Assembly (NCBI GenBank): GCA_965248105.1
Contig: CBDFIK010000006.1
Coordinates: forward strand, 259,761-323,760
Length of the DNA: 64,000 nt
Source: Bryobacterales bacterium
GTDB lineage: Bacteria; Acidobacteriota; Terriglobia; Bryobacterales; UBA6623
Direction: 5' to 3'
Position 1 is the first letter of the stretch. Each line of letters begins with the position of its first letter. The position numbers and the translations under genes are program-made. Positions 57,885 to 64,000 of the stretch are shown here, in pieces. A model generated the notes under the pieces. The model was given only the letters and a program-made list of their open reading frames with translations. It did not search any database and was not told the DNA's origin.

Positions 57885-59609
57885 ATGCGCTGGAGCCAGT
57901 TGTTCATCCCGACACTGCGAGAAACGCCGGCGGAAGCCGAGGTGGTCAGTCACCAGTTGCTGTTGCGGGCTGGTTACATCCGGCAGCTGGCGTCGGGAAT
58001 ATATAGCTATTTGTTTCTCGCCAAGCGCTCGCTACTGAAGATCGAGCGCATCGTCCGCGAGGAGATGGACTCTATCGGAGCCCAGGAGTTCCATCTGCCG
58101 GAACTTCACCCCGCCGAGCTGTGGCAGCAGAGCGGACGCTGGGAGGCGATGGGCTCGGACATGTTCCGGCTCCAGGACCGCTGGGGACGGGACCTGTGTC
58201 TGGGTATGACCGAGGAAGAGGTGATGACCTCGATCGCCCGTGGCGAGTTGAGAAGCTATAAGCAACTGCCTCAGCTCTGGTATCAGATCCAGGTCAAGTT
58301 CCGCGACGAGCCGCGACCGAAATCCGGGTTGATGAGGATGCGTCGGTTCACGATGAAGGACTCTTACTCCTTTGACATTGACGCGGATGGTCTCGACGCC
58401 AGCTACCAAAAGCATCACGACGCTTACTGCCGCATCCTCGAGCGCTGCCGGCTGCGCTATCTAGGCGTGGAGGCCCACTCCGGCGCGATGGGAGGCAGCC
58501 AATCCGAGGAGTTCGTCGTGCCCTCGGACGCGGGTGAGGATGTGGTCGTGATCTGCGACGGCTGCGGCTACGCAGCCAACCTCGAAAAGGCCGAGGGCGT
58601 GCCTCCGCCCCCGGATGAAAAAGACCCCGAGGCAGCGGCCGACCCGGAGGAATTCGCAACGCCAGGCAAGAAAACCATCGACGAGGTGGCGCAGTTTGAT
58701 GGGCTGCCGGTAACTTCTCACATCAAGAGCCTCGTCATGGTGGCTGACGGAAAGCCGCTGTTGATCCTGCTGCCGGGGAACGATCAACTCAACGATGCAA
58801 AGCTGAGCTCACTGGTCGGCACAGTGGACGTACGGCCGGCTCACCCGGACGAGATCCGTGAATGGTTAGGGGCTTCGGCGGGATCGATCGGGCCGGTGGG
58901 TGTCGAGAGCATGGAGATCCTCGCTGACTCGGCGCTCGAAGGCCGTCGCAGTATGATCGCCGGTGCGAACAAAGACGACCACCACCTGCGTCAGGTCACA
59001 CCCGGCGAGGATTTTGAAGCTCACTTCGTTGACCTACGCCAAGTGAAGGCGGGTGACAGCTGCGTACGTTGTTCGAAACCCCTGCGACGCCAGAAGTGCA
59101 TCGAGGTCGGTCACATCTTCAAACTCGGCTATAAGTACTCGGAATCCATGGGGCTGCGCGTGCTGGACGCCGATGGAAAGGAAGTAGCGCCGATCATGGG
59201 TTCGTATGGCATGGGCCTGGAGCGCATCCTCACCGCCGCCATCGAGCAAAACCATGACGAGTTCGGCATCGTTCTGCCCGCGCCGATCGCTCCCTTCGAG
59301 GTCGTCATCACCCCGGTCAACATGAAGAAAGACGATCAACGGGAGGCCGCCGAAAGCATCTATCGACGCTGTCGCGAGCTGGGCCTCGACGCTCTATTGG
59401 ATGACCGCCAAGAGCGTCCCGGTGTGAAATTCAACGACGCGGACTTAGTCGGAATTCCCTACCGTATTACGGTGGGGAAGAAGGTGACAGAGGGCACGGT
59501 CGAACTGGCCGATCGCTCGACACGTCAATCGACCGATGTTACACTCGAAGAGTCGGCGGAGCGCGCTAAGGAACGGCTACAAAAGGACTTTGTCGCTTCG
59601 CCTGCATAA
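57885..59609 (+). CDS. proS: proline--tRNA ligase (bacterial type with INS editing domain)
   Basis: [61 protein letters not shown]. Confidence 0.96.
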   Translation: MRWSQLFIPTLRETPAEAEVVSHQLLLRAGYIRQLASGIYSYLFLAKRSLLKIERIVREEMDSIGAQEFHLPELHPAELWQQSGRWEAMGSDMFRLQDRWGRDLCLGMTEEEVMTSIARGELRSYKQLPQLWYQIQVKFRDEPRPKSGLMRMRRFTMKDSYSFDIDADGLDASYQKHHDAYCRILERCRLRYLGVEAHSGAMGGSQSEEFVVPSDAGEDVVVICDGCGYAANLEKAEGVPPPPDEKDPEAAADPEEFATPGKKTIDEVAQFDGLPVTSHIKSLVMVADGKPLLILLPGNDQLNDAKLSSLVGTVDVRPAHPDEIREWLGASAGSIGPVGVESMEILADSALEGRRSMIAGANKDDHHLRQVTPGEDFEAHFVDLRQVKAGDSCVRCSKPLRRQKCIEVGHIFKLGYKYSESMGLRVLDADGKEVAPIMGSYGMGLERILTAAIEQNHDEFGIVLPAPIAPFEVVITPVNMKKDDQREAAESIYRRCRELGLDALLDDRQERPGVKFNDADLVGIPYRITVGKKVTEGTVELADRSTRQSTDVTLEESAERAKERLQKDFVASPA

Positions 59610-59819
59610 GTCTTCCTACTCACACGCGGGCTTTTCAACCAAGAAACACTATCACAACGGTGGTTCTGTCGCGCACTGATCTCGTAGCCTCGCCGGCACC
59701 TGGGAGATTCCTGCCGGCGAGAAGCGAACTTCGACGGACGCCTTGCGGCTGCACGGTCCCCGGCTCTTGTCTCCATCACGCATCCGGCGGGCCGGCATCC
59801 GCCACAGCCTCTAACGGTC

Positions 59820-62381
59820 ATGGCCTTGCGAAAGCGGTCTCGTAAAAGGAAGCCACGACGCAGCCTGTTCCGCCGAGGTGTGCGCTTTCTGCGCTCTCCC
59901 CTGGGCAAGGTAACGGTAGCGCTCCTCCTAATACTGGGATTGGCAGGTCTTCTGACCTTTAACCACTACTATTGGAAATACGCAAAACTGATCGACGCCA
60001 AGCTGGAACGCGGGCCCTTCAACCGAACCTCGAAGATTCTAGCCGCGCCGAACGCGGTTTTCGTTGGGGAACAGATATCGCCCGATGAGGTGCTGTCGTT
60101 GCTCCGCAACGCCGGCTACTCCGAAGCCCGTCACAACCGAGTCGGACAGTTTGAACGCAAGCCCGACTCGGTTGGGATCTATCCGGGCGGCATGTCCTAC
60201 TTCGCCCCCGAACCGGCCATCCTTCACTTCAAAGGCAGCGAAATCACCGAGATCATCTCGGTGAGCGACAACCAACCGCGGGACGTCTACGAACTCGAGC
60301 CCGAGCTGATTACCAATTTTTTCGACAAAGACCGCTCGAAGCGGCGACTGGTCGAGTACCACGAGATCCCCGAGGCCATGCGGAACGCGGTTTTGGCGAT
60401 CGAGGATCACCGTTTCTTTGATCATGCCGGGATAGACATTGTACGAACCGCCAAGGCCGCCTACGACGGAATCGTCACCGGCAAAAGACCCCGGGGCACC
60501 TCCACGCTGACCCAGCAGCTCTCTCGCGGCTTCTTTCTTACTCCTGAGCAGACCTATCGCCGGAAACTGGCGGAGTTGATGATCGCCATCCAGCTCGAAG
60601 GCCGCCTCAGTAAAGAGGAGATCCTCCAGCATTACTGTAATCAGGTGCCTCTCGGCCGGCGGGGCAGCTTCAATGTCATGGGAGTGGGCGAAGCCGCTCA
60701 GGCATACTTCGATAAGGACTTAGTGGAACTGACTCTGGCCGAAGCCGCGCTTGTGGCCGGCCTGATCCAGCGGCCAAGCTACTTGAACCCTTACCGCCAT
60801 CCCGAGCGCGCGAAGAATCGGCGAGACACCGTGCTGCAGGCCATGCTGCGACACTCCTTTATCACCCAAGAAGAGTTTGAGGCCGCCGTTAGCGAGCCCG
60901 TCGAGCTGTCGGTGGGGCACATTGAGTCCAGCAACGCGCCGTACTTCGTCGACTTAGTCAACAAACGCTTGCGGGAGTCGTTTCCCGAAGATGATCTCAT
61001 CACGCGGTCCTATTGGGTTTATACGACTCTCGACATGGAGTTGCAGCGCGCCGCGGTGGAGGCCGTTCGCGTCGGGATGGCGGAAGTGGACGAGCGCGTC
61101 CGAAAGCAAAGGCGCTTCCGGGATCAGGAGCCGCCCCGCGCCCAATGCGCCCTCGTTGCTCTCGACCCCCTCACGGGCGAGGTCAAAGCGATCGTCGGAG
61201 GAAGAGACTACGGCCAAAGCCAGCTCAATCGCGTGCTGGCCAAGCGACAGCCCGGTTCGGCGTTCAAACCCTTTGTTTACGCCACGGCGATCAATACGGC
61301 CATCGAAGCCGATCAGGAGGTGCTGACTCCGATTACGATGGTGGACGACGTGCCGACCACATTTTGGTGGGACGACAAGCCGTATGAGCCTGCTAATTTC
61401 TCCAATCGCATCCACGGCGTCACGACGCTGCGCGCAGCGCTTATGCGGTCGATGAACATTGCCACGGTCAAGGTGGCCGAGCGAGTAGGTTTTGACCGTG
61501 TGGCGGAAATGGCGCGACGAGCCGGTTTTGGAGACCAAATTCAACCGACGCCAGCTATCGCTTTAGGCGCCTACGAAGTGACCCCGTTGGACATTGCCGG
61601 GGCCTACACCGCGCTTGCCAACGGCGGAATCAAGATGAAGCCGTATTTTATCCGCCTGGTACGGGATAAGACGGGCCGCAATCTGATCCGCAACAGGCCG
61701 CAAGAAGAAGAGGTTCTGGACCCGCGAGTCGCCTACGTCGTGACCAACATGCTACAAGACGTCCTGCGGCGAGGCACGGGGGCCAGGGTGCGCGCGATGG
61801 GCTTCTCCGAGCCGGCCGCGGGAAAAACCGGGACAGATGACGATGGTTGGTTTGCCGGCTACACCTCCAGTTTGTTGTGCGTCGTGTGGGTCGGCTTCGA
61901 CGACAACACGGATCTAAGCATCGAGGGGTCGAAGTCCGCGCTGCCGATCTGGACCGAGTTCATGAAGCGGGCCCACGACCTGCCGGAATACCGCGATCCG
62001 GAACCCTTCGAGCCCGTAGAAGGCATAGTGACCGTGCAGCTTGATCCAGATACGCACCAGTTGGCTACCTACGCCTGCCCGGACCACACAGCGGAAGTGT
62101 TTATCGCCGGGTCTGAGCCGACTCAATATTGCCGTCTCCACGGCGGCGGCCGGGGCGGAACTTTGCTGGCGACGAATGTGGCCGGGTGGGACAGCACGGC
62201 TCCGCGGGCCGCGGCTAACGACCGAGAGGGATCATCCCGTACCGGCCGCGGTGCGAGACGAGCGTCGGCGCCTCCCAGCAGATACCCGCCTCCACTGGGA
62301 TCCCCGCGCCAAGACGGCGACCAAACGTCCGAGAAAAAAAAGAAAGGCCTCTTCGGGCGCATCCTGGACGTGTTTCGGTAG
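59820..62381 (+). CDS. class A bifunctional penicillin-binding protein (PBP1A/1B family)
   Basis: TM anchor, transglycosylase EDHRFF.H.G and GTSTLTQQL, transpeptidase SAFK, SMN, KTG. Confidence 0.92.
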   Translation: MALRKRSRKRKPRRSLFRRGVRFLRSPLGKVTVALLLILGLAGLLTFNHYYWKYAKLIDAKLERGPFNRTSKILAAPNAVFVGEQISPDEVLSLLRNAGYSEARHNRVGQFERKPDSVGIYPGGMSYFAPEPAILHFKGSEITEIISVSDNQPRDVYELEPELITNFFDKDRSKRRLVEYHEIPEAMRNAVLAIEDHRFFDHAGIDIVRTAKAAYDGIVTGKRPRGTSTLTQQLSRGFFLTPEQTYRRKLAELMIAIQLEGRLSKEEILQHYCNQVPLGRRGSFNVMGVGEAAQAYFDKDLVELTLAEAALVAGLIQRPSYLNPYRHPERAKNRRDTVLQAMLRHSFITQEEFEAAVSEPVELSVGHIESSNAPYFVDLVNKRLRESFPEDDLITRSYWVYTTLDMELQRAAVEAVRVGMAEVDERVRKQRRFRDQEPPRAQCALVALDPLTGEVKAIVGGRDYGQSQLNRVLAKRQPGSAFKPFVYATAINTAIEADQEVLTPITMVDDVPTTFWWDDKPYEPANFSNRIHGVTTLRAALMRSMNIATVKVAERVGFDRVAEMARRAGFGDQIQPTPAIALGAYEVTPLDIAGAYTALANGGIKMKPYFIRLVRDKTGRNLIRNRPQEEEVLDPRVAYVVTNMLQDVLRRGTGARVRAMGFSEPAAGKTGTDDDGWFAGYTSSLLCVVWVGFDDNTDLSIEGSKSALPIWTEFMKRAHDLPEYRDPEPFEPVEGIVTVQLDPDTHQLATYACPDHTAEVFIAGSEPTQYCRLHGGGRGGTLLATNVAGWDSTAPRAAANDREGSSRTGRGARRASAPPSRYPPPLGSPRQDGDQTSEKKKKGLFGRILDVFR

Positions 62382-62471
62382 TAGCCGCGTTTTATCGATA
62401 GATCCAGCCCCCTAAGCCCACGTCGCCAATGTGCCCTATGGGACAATGAAGCCAAGCCGCGCTCGGTACCC

Positions 62472-64000
62472 ATGAGTCAATCCGCGGAATCCGAATCCTC
62501 CCCCGAGAATAAGCCTGCCTCGGCCGACGTGTCCTCTTCAGAGCCGGAAACCGCCGCCGAAGAGTCATTTTCCGACCTGCTGGAGCAATTCCAAAGGCAA
62601 CAGGAGAAACCCGCCTCCCGAGAAGGCGGCGTGCTGACGGGCACGGTCGTGAGTATCCGCGATGACGGCGTCTTCGTGGACATTGGCCGCAAATCAGAAG
62701 CGTTCCTGCCCCTCGAAAACCGTCCTGAGAAAGACGAGGATTCCGAGCTACGGGTGGGAGACTCTGTGGACATAAGCATCACCGGACGTTCGCCGGACGG
62801 TTATCTGCTGCTTTCGCGGGTGATCGCCGAGCGCCCGCAAAACTGGGCGCAGTTTGAATGGGCGTTCTCGACCGGTGCCGCCGTCGCCGGGACTGTCACG
62901 GAAGCCATCAAAGGCGGTCTCGCCGTCGATGTCGGTGTGCGAGCCTTCATGCCCGCGTCGCGCTCCGGTATCAAGGACAGCTCCGAACTCGAGAAGCTCG
63001 TGGGCACGGAGGTTCGCTGCCGCATCATCCAGCTCGATGTAGACGACGAAAACGTTATCGTCGATCGGCGAGTCCTGCTCGAAGAAGAAAAAGAGCGTCA
63101 GCGCGAAGAAGCGATTGCCCGGCTGGAACCTGGTGCTGTAGTCCGAGGCACGGTTAGAAACATCCGGGACTTCGGCGCCTTCCTTGACCTTGGGGGCGTT
63201 GACGCCTTGCTCCACGCCAAGGACCTCTCGTGGGACAGGACCTCTGACGTTTCGGCGGTTCTTTCCGAAGGAGACTCGCTGGAAGTCAAGGTTCTGAAGA
63301 TCGAAGACAGCGGGAAGCGGATTTCCGTGGGCCGTAAGCAGCTCACGCCGGACCCCTGGACGCTGATCGGCGAAAAACTCAAGGTCGGCGACCGGCGCAA
63401 GGGTGAGGTCAAACTGCTGAAAGACTTTGGCGCGTTCGTCGCGCTCGAACCCGGCGTCGAAGGCCTGGTGCACATTTCGGAGATGTCCTGGGCCCGCCGG
63501 GTGCGCCACCCGGGGGACCTCCTCAAGGTCGGCGAGGTTGTTGACGTTGTCGTGCTCGACATCAAAGCGGCGGACCGGCGGATTTCTCTAGGCATCAAGC
63601 AGGCGCTAGGGGATCCCTGGGAGAGTATCCGCGAAGGTTTCCCCGTTGGCAAGGTCGTTGAAGGTACGGTACGGAACTTGATGAAGTTCGGCGCCTTCGT
63701 TGAGATCGCCGACGGGATCGAGGGCCTCGTTCATGTCTCGGATCTGACTGCCGAAAGGCAGGTGAACCATCCCAGCGAAGTTCTCAAGGTCGATCAGAAG
63801 ATTCAGGCTGTCATCGTCGAAATCGACCCCGAAAAGCGCCGTCTTAAGCTCAGTATCAAGAAACTCGAGCCGGACGGCCAGGACAACTTCATCCTAGAAG
63901 CCAAGCTCGGTGACACGGTGACCGGGCGTGTGCTAAAAGTGCGGCGGAGGGAAGCAACGATCGAGCTGGGAGAAGGAGTCAAGGGGATTTGCCGCTGGGA
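62472..64000 (+). CDS. rpsA: 30S ribosomal protein S1 or S1-like paralog, runs off the window
   Basis: Absent from the ORF track (no stop). Manual translation gives tandem S1 domains: VFVDIGRKSEAF, RAFMPAS, DFGAFLDLGGVDALLH, DFGAFVALEPGVEGLVHISEMSW, FGAFVEIADGIEGLVHVSD. Confidence 0.85.
   Translation, partial: MSQSAESESSPENKPASADVSSSEPETAAEESFSDLLEQFQRQQEKPASREGGVLTGTVVSIRDDGVFVDIGRKSEAFLPLENRPEKDEDSELRVGDSVDISITGRSPDGYLLLSRVIAERPQNWAQFEWAFSTGAAVAGTVTEAIKGGLAVDVGVRAFMPASRSGIKDSSELEKLVGTEVRCRIIQLDVDDENVIVDRRVLLEEEKERQREEAIARLEPGAVVRGTVRNIRDFGAFLDLGGVDALLHAKDLSWDRTSDVSAVLSEGDSLEVKVLKIEDSGKRISVGRKQLTPDPWTLIGEKLKVGDRRKGEVKLLKDFGAFVALEPGVEGLVHISEMSWARRVRHPGDLLKVGEVVDVVVLDIKAADRRISLGIKQALGDPWESIREGFPVGKVVEGTVRNLMKFGAFVEIADGIEGLVHVSDLTAERQVNHPSEVLKVDQKIQAVIVEIDPEKRRLKLSIKKLEPDGQDNFILEAKLGDTVTGRVLKVRRREATIELGEGVKGICRW

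Overview
GC-rich bacterial chromosomal window. The gene styles (S/T kinase-PD40 fusion, ispH-shc-hpn cluster, TAT-exported TIM barrels) suggest Acidobacteriota; this is an inference. Housekeeping genes: lon (partial, off the left edge), pheA, der, panB/panC, mtaB, rpsU, glgC, proS, a bifunctional PBP and an S1-domain rpsA-like gene (partial, off the right edge). A hopanoid locus (ispH, shc with a 1-nt frameshift, hpnG, two Zn-dependent dehydrogenases, hpnC/D/E) lacks hpnH in the window. A six-gene XpaC-like/TelA/DUF4178/DUF2617/lipoprotein/DUF350 operon is present. Mobile DNA: two IS630 copies, one IS21 with a 6-bp target duplication in the 3' end of an already nonsense-mutated ackA, an IS1380 relic, a Y1-transposase (RAYT-like) relic, a nested CTAG-flanked MITE family and many GTAG/GTGG-type REP palindromes. 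Best finding: an IS110-family (IS1111-type) element at 48251-49848 inserted in a REP hairpin. Its downstream non-coding region contains four segments matching both halves of the reconstructed target and donor junctions, each pair flanking a hairpin, as expected for a bridge/seekRNA. The distal 134 bp are tandemly duplicated via the donor-guide sequence. No tRNA, rRNA or CRISPR array was seen.
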